From: Elusimicrobiota bacterium
GTDB taxonomy: Bacteria > Elusimicrobiota > Elusimicrobia > UBA1565
Reading direction: 5' to 3'
Length of the DNA: 64,000 nucleotides
NCBI GenBank assembly: GCA_041660925.1
Contig: JBAZVI010000003.1
Location: forward strand, 93,832 to 157,831
Made by a program: the position numbers and the translations under genes. Every line of letters begins with the position of its first letter. The first letter of the stretch is position 1. The notes beneath the pieces are model-generated. The model was not told the DNA's origin and did not search any database. It worked only from the letters and a program-made list of their open reading frames with translations. Positions 36,546-54,072 of the stretch are shown piece after piece.

Positions 36546-38153
36546 TTAGAGCGGGATGTTCCCCCGGTTCGGGAGTTCTCCCGGCTTCCTTTTATCGGCC
36601 AGGAATTGGAAGGCGCGGATGACCGTGTAGCGGATCTGCGTCGGCTCGATGACTTCGTCGACCGACCCGGTCGAGGCCGTCTGGTAGGGCGCTGCGAAGC
36701 GCTCCTCGTACTCTTTGGAGAGCTTGAGGCGCAGCCCGTCCTTGTCCTCCGCCGCGGAGATGTCGCGCGAGTAGAGGATCTCGATGGCCCCGCGCGGGCC
36801 CATGACCGCGATCTCGGCGCAGGGCAGCGCGTAGTTGAAGTCGCCGCGCATGAGCTTGGAGCTCATCGCGATGTAGGCGCCGCCGTAGGCCTTGCGCAGG
36901 ACGACGGTCACCTTCGGCACCGTCGCTTCGGCGTAGGCGTGCAGCAGCTTCGCGCCGTGGCGGATGATGCCGGCGTGCTCCTGCTCGACGCCCGGCCAGT
37001 AGCCGGGGACGTCGACGAGGGTCAGGATGGGGATGTTGAAAGCGTTGAGGAAGCGGATGAAGCGCGCGGCCTTGTCGGAGGAGTCGATGTCGAGCGCGCC
37101 GGCCTTGTGGGCCGGGTTGTTCGCGATGACGCCGACGACCTCCCCCCCGAGGCGGATGAAGCCCACGACGATGTTCTTGGCGAACTCCGCGTGGATCTCG
37201 TAGAACTTGTGCTCGTCGGCGATCTGCCAGACGACGTGGTGCACGCGGTAGGGCTTGCGCGGGTCCACTTCGCAGAGGGCCTCGAGGACGGGCGTCGTGC
37301 GCCGGATGGGGTCCGGGCTGGGGACGTGCGGCGGCTTCTCGAAGCGGCTCTGCGGGAGGTAGCTGACGAGCTCCTTGATCTGGCGGAAGCAGTCCTGCTC
37401 GGAGGCGGCGACCACGTGGCAGACGCCGGACTTCGAGGAGTGCGGCTTCGAGCCGCCGAGGTCGTCGAAGGTCACGACCTCCCCGGTCGCCGCCTTCACG
37501 ACGTCGGGACCGGTCACGAACATGTGGCTGATGCCGTCGACCATGAACACGAAGTCCGTCAGGGCCGGGGAGTAGACGGCCCCGCCCGCGCACGGCCCGA
37601 GGATGACGGAGATCTGCGGGATGACGCCCGAGCACTTCACGTTCCGATAGAAGATCTCTCCGTAGCCGTCGAGCGAGTCCACGCCTTCCTGGATGCGCGC
37701 CCCGCCCGAGTCGAGCAGGCCGATGAGCGGCACGCGGTTCTCGTAGGCGAGGTCCATGACGCGGCAGATCTTCTTGGCCTGCTCGAGCCCGAGCGAGCCC
37801 CCGAGCACCGTGAAGTCCTGGGAGAAGACCGCGACCTCGCGGCCGTTGATGCGGCCGAAGCCGGTGATGGCGCCGTCGCCGGGGATGTCCTTCTCGCGCA
37901 GTCCGAAGTCGTTGCAGCGGGTCTTCACGAGGAGCCCGATCTCCTGGAAGCTCCCCTCGTCGAGGAGGTAGTGGATGCGCTCGCGGGCGGTGAGCTTGCC
38001 TTTCTTCTTCTGGGCTTCGATGCGCTTGGGGTCGCCGCCGGCGCGGGCCTTCTCGACGAGCTCGCGCATGCGTCCCACGTTCGTGGGGACCATGCGGTGC
38101 TTCTTCGGGGCCTTCTGGACCGGGGTCGGGGGAGTGCTCTCGGGGGCGTTCAT
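36546..38153 (-). CDS. pccB: acyl-CoA carboxylase carboxyltransferase beta subunit (propionyl-CoA carboxylase beta / methylmalonyl-CoA carboxyltransferase family)
   Basis: 535 aa. Characteristic GGAYIAMSS, VPGYWPG, and duplicated crotonase-fold CT domains. Confidence 0.9.
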   Translation of the reverse strand: MNAPESTPPTPVQKAPKKHRMVPTNVGRMRELVEKARAGGDPKRIEAQKKKGKLTARERIHYLLDEGSFQEIGLLVKTRCNDFGLREKDIPGDGAITGFGRINGREVAVFSQDFTVLGGSLGLEQAKKICRVMDLAYENRVPLIGLLDSGGARIQEGVDSLDGYGEIFYRNVKCSGVIPQISVILGPCAGGAVYSPALTDFVFMVDGISHMFVTGPDVVKAATGEVVTFDDLGGSKPHSSKSGVCHVVAASEQDCFRQIKELVSYLPQSRFEKPPHVPSPDPIRRTTPVLEALCEVDPRKPYRVHHVVWQIADEHKFYEIHAEFAKNIVVGFIRLGGEVVGVIANNPAHKAGALDIDSSDKAARFIRFLNAFNIPILTLVDVPGYWPGVEQEHAGIIRHGAKLLHAYAEATVPKVTVVLRKAYGGAYIAMSSKLMRGDFNYALPCAEIAVMGPRGAIEILYSRDISAAEDKDGLRLKLSKEYEERFAAPYQTASTGSVDEVIEPTQIRYTVIRAFQFLADKRKPGELPNRGNIPL

Positions 38154-38991
38154 GGTCGGCCTTCCGTGCTCGTGTAGGCGATGCTCAGGGTCTCCTCGCC
38201 GCGGAGGAGGGTCTCGAATCGGATCTCGGGGCTGCCGAGCGCTTCCCAGCGGGCCCGCGCGCGATTGTGCAATTCGAGCCGCAGGTCGTCGAGGCGCGGG
38301 CAGTTCTCCTTTCGCATCGCCCCGGACGCGCTCTGGGAAGCGGACGGGGGCTCCACTCGGCTCGCCCCTGCGGCGCCCCGCGAAGCGGGGGCAGGGTCCG
38401 ACGCAGGGGCCAGCTGCAGATCAGGAACGAAGCGCACGTCCCAGAGGTCCACCGAGAGGCCGAGGGTCAGGAGCTTGAGCACGGCCTCCTTCAGCGTCCA
38501 CAGGCGCGTCTGCGCCTGCGGGGTGTCGAGCGCGGGGCGCTCGCTGGGGTGCGCGAAGATGGTGAGGAACGACTGCGGGCGTTCGGCGACGCGCTCGACG
38601 TCCACGCCGACGCGGCCGTTGGCGGGAGCGGCCGCGGCGACGGCCCCGCCCGGTCCGTGGGAGATGGACAGGAACGGGGCGCCGGCTTCGGGGTCGCCGG
38701 GCAGCGCCGCGTAGGGCGAGCCGTCGCGGCGGTTGAGGATGGCCACCTCGCAGAGGCGGTCGGAGCGCCCCTTCTCGGCGAGAAGCGCGCAGACCAAGCG
38801 CTTGGCCGCGAGGCGGCCGGAGAGCCAGTCCTTGCGGCGCTTGGGCACCTTGAACGCCGCGAGCTGCGCGAGCTCCGCGGCGCCGAGCTGCTCCGAGAGG
38901 TCTTCTCCCCCCTCGTAGCGCTCGGCCCAGCGCGCGGCTTCCTCAGGGCTCAGGCGCAGGAGGCGGCAGGGTCCGACGCGTTCGGTGAGGC

Positions 38992-38995
<4 letters not shown>
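38150..38995 (-). CDS. Sfp/HetI/PfaE-type 4'-phosphopantetheinyl transferase
   Basis: DWLSGRLAAKRL, GVDVE and WTLKEAVLK motifs. Its ATG overlaps the megasynthase stop (ATGA). Confidence 0.85.
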
Positions 38996-47793
<8,798 letters not shown>

Positions 47794-48143
47794 GATTTGT
47801 CGGGTTTCCTGGTCCGGGGAGAGCGGACAATAGTGGACCGGCGGTTGGGGATGCTCGGCATCTTGAAAGATGGTAGCACAGAGCCCGATTCCATGTCAAC
47901 ATTTTTGAGTGCCAGACTTTAAATAGTGATAGCTATTCAAAAGACATGATATACCTATTGATATCGCCGCAACAGGAGAAGTGTGCCAGACTTTATGTAT
48001 TTAAAGATTTCCATTCCCTTTGAGTCTTCTGGCGGTCCGCGACCGTCCGACGCGCTTCATTCTCCTCCTCCGCCGTGTGTCGGCGAGAGTATATGGTACG
48101 CAGTATTGACAGGAGTCGAAAAATTGCTATAACTTCCCCCGAC
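47794..48143. promoter_or_regulatory. AT-rich divergent promoter region between the megasynthase operon and the 48144 gene; sigma70-like TTGACA-N16-TATAAC at 48106-48133; 13-nt direct repeats GTGCCAGACTTTA at 47909-47921 and 47983-47995; several TGATA motifs
   Basis: Local GC drop in a ~70% GC background. Motifs read directly from the sequence. Confidence 0.5.
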
Positions 48144-49247
48144 ATGAGCGCGCTTCTCACCGATGTATGGGCGTTGTCGTATGTCGCAGGCCTGCTTCTG
48201 GGCCTCGTCGCGTTCGTCTTCGTCTTCAAGCATTACCGCGCCGCCGCCGAGGACGAGGCGCCGCTCGACGAACCCCTCAGCACTCCGGCGCCGGAGAAAG
48301 CTTCGCCGAGCGAGCCGGTCCCCGTCGTCTCGCTGAAGGACGCTTTGCAGAAGCTCCCGGCCGTCGAGACGAAGGCCGCCCCTGCGCCGACGCCTCTGTC
48401 CGAGACGACGCTGGGAAAGATGGAGATCAAGAGCTCGACCGGCTCCGTGAGTCCCGCGGTCGTCTACCTGCAGAACCTCAAGACGCAGATGGAGCATTTC
48501 GAGAAGGAGATCCAGGCGCTCCAGGGCGAGCTCACCGGCTTCGTGCAGCGCCATGACAACCAGTTCGACGCGCTGCTTTCCCGCCTCGGGGACCTCCAGC
48601 AGGACCTTCATCAGCAGGTGAGCGCGCACGTCGACGCCGCGGCGATGCAGCCTGTTCCCGCCCCGACCTCTCGGCAGAGCTCGGGGCCGGTCCCGAGCGT
48701 CGTCGAGGGACCGAAGCCGCAGTCCGTTCCGAAGCCTGCTCCGAAGCCGGTCGCGAAGCCGCAGCCCGCGCCCGTCGTGAAGTCGGAGCTCCCTTCGGCG
48801 GGCCAGAGCGCCGAAGGTCCGTCGCGGAAGGAAGACGAACAGCGCGACGGACACGCCGCACCCCCGAGCGCGTCAGGGACGGCGCGAGAGGAGAAGGGCC
48901 AGCGCGCCGCCGCGCCGAAGCCGGAGCCCTCCGCACCCGTCGTGAAGGCGGAGCTCGCGCCGGCGCCCCAGGCGAACGCTCCGGTCCCGGCCGAGGAGAC
49001 TCTTCCCGGACGCCGCGGCGAGCCGGTGCGCATCCCGCTCCCGGCGGGCGCCAAGTCCGTGCCGGTGGAATCGATACCCCTCCCCGCGCAAGAGAAGAAA
49101 GCCGAGGAGACGGAAGCTCCCAGGCCCGCGCCGGCTCCGACCGAGCCTTCCCCCGTTCCCGCCGACTTGCGCGCCGACGAGACTCTGGTCCTCAAGCCGA
49201 GCGGCGAGATGGAGCCGAAGAAGCGAGGCCCGGTCTGGCCCGTCTAG
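48144..49247 (+). CDS. membrane-anchored coiled-coil and Pro/Ala-rich protein (hypothetical)
   Basis: N-terminal TM helix, coiled-coil segment, long PAPK-rich region containing an in-frame copy of the palindromic repeat. Probably leaderless: ATG sits about 10 nt after the -10 box. Confidence 0.6.
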   Translation: MSALLTDVWALSYVAGLLLGLVAFVFVFKHYRAAAEDEAPLDEPLSTPAPEKASPSEPVPVVSLKDALQKLPAVETKAAPAPTPLSETTLGKMEIKSSTGSVSPAVVYLQNLKTQMEHFEKEIQALQGELTGFVQRHDNQFDALLSRLGDLQQDLHQQVSAHVDAAAMQPVPAPTSRQSSGPVPSVVEGPKPQSVPKPAPKPVAKPQPAPVVKSELPSAGQSAEGPSRKEDEQRDGHAAPPSASGTAREEKGQRAAAPKPEPSAPVVKAELAPAPQANAPVPAEETLPGRRGEPVRIPLPAGAKSVPVESIPLPAQEKKAEETEAPRPAPAPTEPSPVPADLRADETLVLKPSGEMEPKKRGPVWPV

Positions 49248-50203
49248 CTCGTATTCTCCCCCTCGTCGCGCTGTTCTTCGCCGCCCCCGCGCGGGCGAAG
49301 CTTTTCCCCGACGGCCCCTTCTCCGGGAAAGCGGCGGGCACGACGGGCGCGGCGTTCCTTCGGCTGCCGGCGGGGGCGCGCGCGCTGGCTCTCGGCGGCT
49401 CGGGGGTCGCCGCGGTCCGCGATTCCGAATCCATGTTCTGGAACCCGGCCGGGCTCGCCGTGCTCGAGGAGCACGGACTCTCCGACGTCAGCGCGGCCTA
49501 CAACATGCTGCTCGAGACGTCCTACGCGGGCTCAATCGCCTACGGGCGCCCCCTGGGGGGAGGACGCGGCGCCCTCGGAGCCTCCCTGGTCTACTTCTCC
49601 CAGTCGGCCCTGCAGGGCTACGACGCGAAGGGCGATCCGACCTCCTCCTTCACGCCGAGCGACCTCGCGTTCGGGCTGGGCTACGGCCGCGTCGTCGGGC
49701 CGGTGAGGGCGGGCGCGGGGCTCAAGTTCATCCGCTCCGAGCTCGCCGGCGCGAGCGGGACCACCTTCGCCGTGGACCTCGGCGTCCAGGCCGAGCGCGT
49801 CACCGAGATGGGGGAGGGGCCGCTCGACGTCGGGGCCTCGCTCGTCAACCTCGGCCCGCCGCTCAAGCTCGGCGGCGCCTCCGATCCCCTCCCCTTCAAG
49901 GTCCAGCTGGGGACGCTGTGGCACATCAACCCGCGCCTCAACGGCATGCTCGACGGGCACCTGCCCGTCGACGACGACCCGTACGCCAGCTTCGGTCTCG
50001 AATTCCGCCAGGTTTTCGCGGAGGACTTCCGCGCGTCCCTGCGCGGGGGCTACAACGTCCGCAACGAGCGCGGCGTCGACGGCCTTGCGGGGATGTCGGC
50101 CGGGTTCGGAGTGGAACTGCTGCGCGGCCGCATCGACTACGCCTGGGTCCCTTTCGGGGACCTGGGGATGACGCACCGCATCACCCTCGGATTCAAGTTC
50201 TGA
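49235..50203 (+). CDS. PorV/UPF0164-like outer-membrane beta-barrel protein, paralog 2
   Basis: MFWNPAGLA motif and alignment to the 20800-21774 paralog. The signal peptide LARILPLVALFFAAPARA lies upstream of the first ATG with no in-frame ATG/GTG/TTG, so the start is uncertain. Ends ...LGFKF. Confidence 0.55.
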   Translation: MARLARILPLVALFFAAPARAKLFPDGPFSGKAAGTTGAAFLRLPAGARALALGGSGVAAVRDSESMFWNPAGLAVLEEHGLSDVSAAYNMLLETSYAGSIAYGRPLGGGRGALGASLVYFSQSALQGYDAKGDPTSSFTPSDLAFGLGYGRVVGPVRAGAGLKFIRSELAGASGTTFAVDLGVQAERVTEMGEGPLDVGASLVNLGPPLKLGGASDPLPFKVQLGTLWHINPRLNGMLDGHLPVDDDPYASFGLEFRQVFAEDFRASLRGGYNVRNERGVDGLAGMSAGFGVELLRGRIDYAWVPFGDLGMTHRITLGFKF

Positions 50204-50227
50204 TCTATTAGCGTCTCTTTTCCCTAT

Positions 50228-50365
50228 TTCCTCTCCCCACGGGAGAGGGTCGGGAGAGGGGCGATCTCTGCGGCGTTCTCTCCCCACGGGCGTCCGCATT
50301 CCGTGTAGCGGACCTGGCGCTATCAGCGCCGGGGCGCCAGCGAGGGTCGGGAGAGGGGCGATCCT
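50228..50365. repeat. intergenic direct repeats (GAGGGTCGGGAGAGGGGCGATC x2; CTCTCCCCACGGG x2) plus palindrome GGCGCTatcAGCGCC
   Basis: Read directly from the sequence. Followed by a C6-T-G6-containing hairpin at about 50385-50425. Confidence 0.5.
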
Positions 50366-50449
50366 TGTTGGGGTACCCCCCTCACCCTGCCCTCCCCCCT
50401 GGGGGGAGGCAGTGAGGAAAGGTCGTTCCTCAAAACTTCGAGAACACCC

Positions 50450-52009
50450 TCATAGAAGAGGCCGCATCACGCGCAGCATCTGCGCGTGGATGCGGCCGTT
50501 GCTGGCGAGGGTCTGCCGGCCGAAGGACTCCGGTTCGTTCCAGGGGAGACCGTCGAAGGCGGTGACCTTCCCCCCGGCCTCCTGCACGAGCAGCGCGCCG
50601 GCCGCCACGTCCCAGGGGTTCAGGGAGAACTCCCAGTAGCCGTCCACCCTTCCCGCCGCCGTCCAGGCGAGGTCGAGCGCGGCCGATCCCGAGCGGCGCA
50701 CGTCGTGGCAGCGCTTCATGAACGCGCTGTAGAACCGCAGGAGATAGTCGGCGCGCCGGGCCCGGTCGTAGGCGAAGCCGGTGAGCAGGAGAGAGTCCTC
50801 GACGCGCCCCGCGGCGCTCACGCGCAGCGGGCGTCCGTTGAGCGTCGCCCCGCGGCCGAGCTCGGCGAAGAAGAGCTCCCCGCGGCTCGGGTCGTAGACC
50901 CCTCCCATGAACGGGCGGCCCCGGCGGAGGAGTCCGATGGAGACGCAGAAGGCGGGGAAGCCGTGGGCGTAGTTCGTGGTGCCGTCGAGCGGGTCGATGA
51001 CCCAGGTGAAATCGGACGCGGTCGTGCGCGGGGCGCGCTCCTCGGTCAGGAAGGAGTGGTCCGGGAAGCGGGCGAGCACGATGTCGAGGACGCGCTGCTC
51101 GCTCGCGTGGTCGGCCTCGGTGACGAGGTTCGCGCGGCCCTTGTAGCGGATGTGCACCTTCCCGAAGCGCGCGCGCAGGACGGCGCCCCCCGCACGAAGC
51201 GCCTCATGGAGCGTGCGGCGCAGGAGCGCACGGGGGACGGCTTCCCGGCGGGCGACGGCGCCGGCGAGTTCCTCGGCGCCTCGCCGCCCGGCCTCGGCCG
51301 CGGGCTCGATTCCGCGCCGGCGCAGGGCGGCCGACGTCGTCGGGCCGATGGAGGCCGCGCGCGCGGCGGCGAGGAAGCCCCGAGCGGCCGGCGCGCCCAG
51401 CGCGGAGAAGAAGGCCTCGACCGCCGAGGGCGAGGCGAAAACGGTCCAATCGGGGGTCTCCCCGCGCCGCGTCAGCGCGCGCAGGGCCCGGAGTCCTTCC
51501 GGGTCCGGGACCGTGCGGTAGGCCGGGGCGACGACGAGCCGGGCGCCGGCCCGGCGCAGCGCGCGCGGAAGCTCTTCTCGTCCCTCGAGCGCCCGCGGCA
51601 GGAGGATCCTCGCGCCGCGGACCTTCCCCATCCGGCGGGCGAGCGCACGCGCCTCATGCCTCTCGGGGACGGCGGCGGCGTTCCAACCCCGCTCCCGGAG
51701 GGCGGCGGCGGTGGCCGGGCCCACGGCGTAGAGGCGCCGGGGCGGCCGGGGCCGCAGGCCGAGGGTGCGGGCGCGGCCGAAGAAGGCCGAGACGGCGCTG
51801 GCGCTCGCGAAGACGACGGCGTCGAAGTCCGGGAGCTCCCGCAGGGCTCGGTCGAGCGCGGACCAGCTCGGCGGCGGGACGGTCCGGATCAGCGGCGCGT
51901 GCACGACTCGCGCGCCTTTGCGCGCGAGCGCGCGCGTGAGTCCTTCGGCGCGGGCCTTCGGGCGGGTCAAGAGGACGGTCTTTCCCCTGAGAGGGAGCAT
52001 CCCTCCCAT
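50450..52009 (-). CDS. single ORF fusing uroporphyrinogen-III synthase (HemD, N-terminal ~250 aa) to inositol monophosphatase-family protein (SuhB-like, C-terminal ~260 aa)
   Basis: HemD duplicated halves (AVVFASASAV / WTVFASPSAV). IMPase motifs VTEADHASE, WVIDPLDGTTNY, WDVAAGALLV. No stop between them. Confidence 0.75.
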   Translation of the reverse strand: MGGMLPLRGKTVLLTRPKARAEGLTRALARKGARVVHAPLIRTVPPPSWSALDRALRELPDFDAVVFASASAVSAFFGRARTLGLRPRPPRRLYAVGPATAAALRERGWNAAAVPERHEARALARRMGKVRGARILLPRALEGREELPRALRRAGARLVVAPAYRTVPDPEGLRALRALTRRGETPDWTVFASPSAVEAFFSALGAPAARGFLAAARAASIGPTTSAALRRRGIEPAAEAGRRGAEELAGAVARREAVPRALLRRTLHEALRAGGAVLRARFGKVHIRYKGRANLVTEADHASEQRVLDIVLARFPDHSFLTEERAPRTTASDFTWVIDPLDGTTNYAHGFPAFCVSIGLLRRGRPFMGGVYDPSRGELFFAELGRGATLNGRPLRVSAAGRVEDSLLLTGFAYDRARRADYLLRFYSAFMKRCHDVRRSGSAALDLAWTAAGRVDGYWEFSLNPWDVAAGALLVQEAGGKVTAFDGLPWNEPESFGRQTLASNGRIHAQMLRVMRPLL

Positions 52010-52056
52010 TCTAGTCTTTTCCCCCCTATTTTGGTATCATGAAAAGACCAAATTAA

Positions 52057-52614
52057 ATGACTTTAGGCTGGTTTCGCAAGAAGGACGGCAAGGCCGCAGC
52101 GTCGTCCAACTCCTCCCCGAGCCCGTCCCCCGCTCCCGCAGCCCTAAACAGCAGCGTGCGCATCGGACAGCTTTTGACCGAAGATCTCATCCTCCGCCTG
52201 CCGGCCGGCAAGACCAAGGAGCAGCTCATCAAGGTCCTCATCGAGCGCCTTTGCCGCATCCGCAAGCTGGGCGACCCCGGCCGCTTTTACGCCAAGGTCA
52301 TCGAGCGCGAGCAGGGCATGAGCACGACCCTCGACACGGGGATGGCGATCCCGCACGCCCGCATGGACGGGCTGGACTCCATCGTCGCCGTCCTGGGGCT
52401 GCTCCCGCAGGGCCTGCCCGACCCGAAGCAGCCCGATTACATCATCCGGGCGATGTGCATCTTCTTCTCCCCGAACCGGCAGGAGGTCTTCACCCAGCAC
52501 CTCCACCTCCTGCGCGGCGTCTCCGCGCTCTTCCAGCCCGCCCTCCTCGACGAGGTCTCCGCCCTGGAGTCCCCCGCCGAGGTCCTCCGGGTCCTCGCCT
52601 CCCGAGAGCAGTAA
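52057..52614 (+). CDS. ptsN: PTS EIIA type-2 domain protein (PtsN / nitrogen-regulatory EIIA-like)
   Basis: DTGMAIPHAR active-site His region. AT-rich TGGTATCAT promoter-like element upstream. Confidence 0.75.
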   Translation: MTLGWFRKKDGKAAASSNSSPSPSPAPAALNSSVRIGQLLTEDLILRLPAGKTKEQLIKVLIERLCRIRKLGDPGRFYAKVIEREQGMSTTLDTGMAIPHARMDGLDSIVAVLGLLPQGLPDPKQPDYIIRAMCIFFSPNRQEVFTQHLHLLRGVSALFQPALLDEVSALESPAEVLRVLASREQ

Positions 52615-52621
52615 GGGCTTC

Positions 52622-53134
52622 ATGATCCTCCGCATCACCAAGCACGGCGAGCCCGTCCTCAAGGGCCGCGCCGAACCCGCGGACTATGAGCTCCTTCGCA
52701 AGGACCTCCCGGCCCTGCTCCGGGACATGTGGGCGACCATGTACGCGGCCAGGGGCGTCGGCCTCGCCGCGCCGCAGGTCGGGCTGCCGCTGCGGCTCGC
52801 GGTCATCGACGTGAAGACCGCCGAGGGCAAGCCGGACCGGCTCGTCCTCATCAATCCCGAGGTCGTCGCGCGGGAAGGCGCGGTCGTCGAGGAGGAGGGC
52901 TGCCTCTCCGTCCCCGGCGTCTATGCGCGGGTCCGCCGCCACTCGCGCGTGCGCGTGCGCGCCTTCGACGAGAAGGGCCGCGTCTGGGAGCGCACCGGGA
53001 CCGGTCTGCTCGCACGCGCCTTCGAGCACGAGGTCGACCATCTCGACGGCAAGCTCTTTCTCGACCGCCTGGACCTCGTGCAGCGCCTGAAGGTCGCCGG
53101 GCTCCTCCGGGACCTGAAGAAGAACTGGAAATGA
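52622..53134 (+). CDS. def: peptide deformylase
   Basis: GLAAPQVG, EGCLS and HEVDHL motifs. Confidence 0.92.
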   Translation: MILRITKHGEPVLKGRAEPADYELLRKDLPALLRDMWATMYAARGVGLAAPQVGLPLRLAVIDVKTAEGKPDRLVLINPEVVAREGAVVEEEGCLSVPGVYARVRRHSRVRVRAFDEKGRVWERTGTGLLARAFEHEVDHLDGKLFLDRLDLVQRLKVAGLLRDLKKNWK

Positions 53135-54072
53135 GGCTGCTCTTCCTCGGTTCGCCGCAGGAGGCCGTTCCCTTCCTCGAGGCCTGCGCCCGCGCGCATG
53201 AGGTCGTCGCGGTGCTCACCCAGCCCGACCGCCCCTCCGGGCGCGGCCTGCGCCCGACCCCCCCGCCCGTCAAGGACGCCGCGCTGCGCCTGGGCCTGCG
53301 CGTCCTCCAGCCGGCGCGGCCCTCCGAAGCCGCCGACGAACTGAAGGCGCTCGGGGCGGACATGGCGGTCGTCGTCGCCTACGGGCGGATCCTTTCCGCG
53401 AAGACCCTCGCGGCGACGCGGCACGGCTTCCTCAACGTACACTTCTCCCTGCTCCCGCGCTGGCGCGGCGCCGCGCCGGTCGCCTGGGCGCTCATGGAGG
53501 GCGACGCCCGCACGGGGGTCACCCTGTTCTGGATCGACGAGGGGCTCGACACCGGCCCCGTCCAGCGCATGGCCGAGGAGGACGTGCGGCCGGAGGACGA
53601 CGCGCGGACCCTGATGTCCCGGCTCGTGTCGCTCGGGGTGCGGGAGCTCGAGGGGGCCCTCGCGGACGTCGCGCTCGGCCGCGTCCGGCGCGAGCCGCAG
53701 ACGGGGGCGCAGACCCGCGCGCCCAAGCTCGGCCCCGAGCACGCGCGCCTCGATTTCTCCCTCGACGCGTCCGTCTTCCACAACCGCGTGAGGGCCCTCG
53801 CCGGAGGCCCGCGGCCGTTCCTGCGGCTGGCGACCCCGCGCGGTCCGCTGCGCGCCGCCGTCCTGAGCACCTTCCCGGGCGAGGCGGAGGTCGGCGGCGA
53901 CCCCGGCTCGGTCGCGCGCGTTGAACGCGCGCGAGGGGTTTTAGTAGAATGCCGCCTCGGCAGCGTCTGGCTCCGCGAAGTCCAACCCGAAGGGAAGAAG
54001 CCGATGTCCGCGGCGGATTTCCTCAACGGTTTGCGCACGGGGCCGGGCGACCGACTGGAGATCATCCCCTGA
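53131..54072 (+). CDS. fmt: methionyl-tRNA formyltransferase
   Basis: MRLLFLGSP...HGFLNVHFSLLPRWRGAAP motifs. ATG overlaps the def stop. Confidence 0.9.
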   Translation: MRLLFLGSPQEAVPFLEACARAHEVVAVLTQPDRPSGRGLRPTPPPVKDAALRLGLRVLQPARPSEAADELKALGADMAVVVAYGRILSAKTLAATRHGFLNVHFSLLPRWRGAAPVAWALMEGDARTGVTLFWIDEGLDTGPVQRMAEEDVRPEDDARTLMSRLVSLGVRELEGALADVALGRVRREPQTGAQTRAPKLGPEHARLDFSLDASVFHNRVRALAGGPRPFLRLATPRGPLRAAVLSTFPGEAEVGGDPGSVARVERARGVLVECRLGSVWLREVQPEGKKPMSAADFLNGLRTGPGDRLEIIP

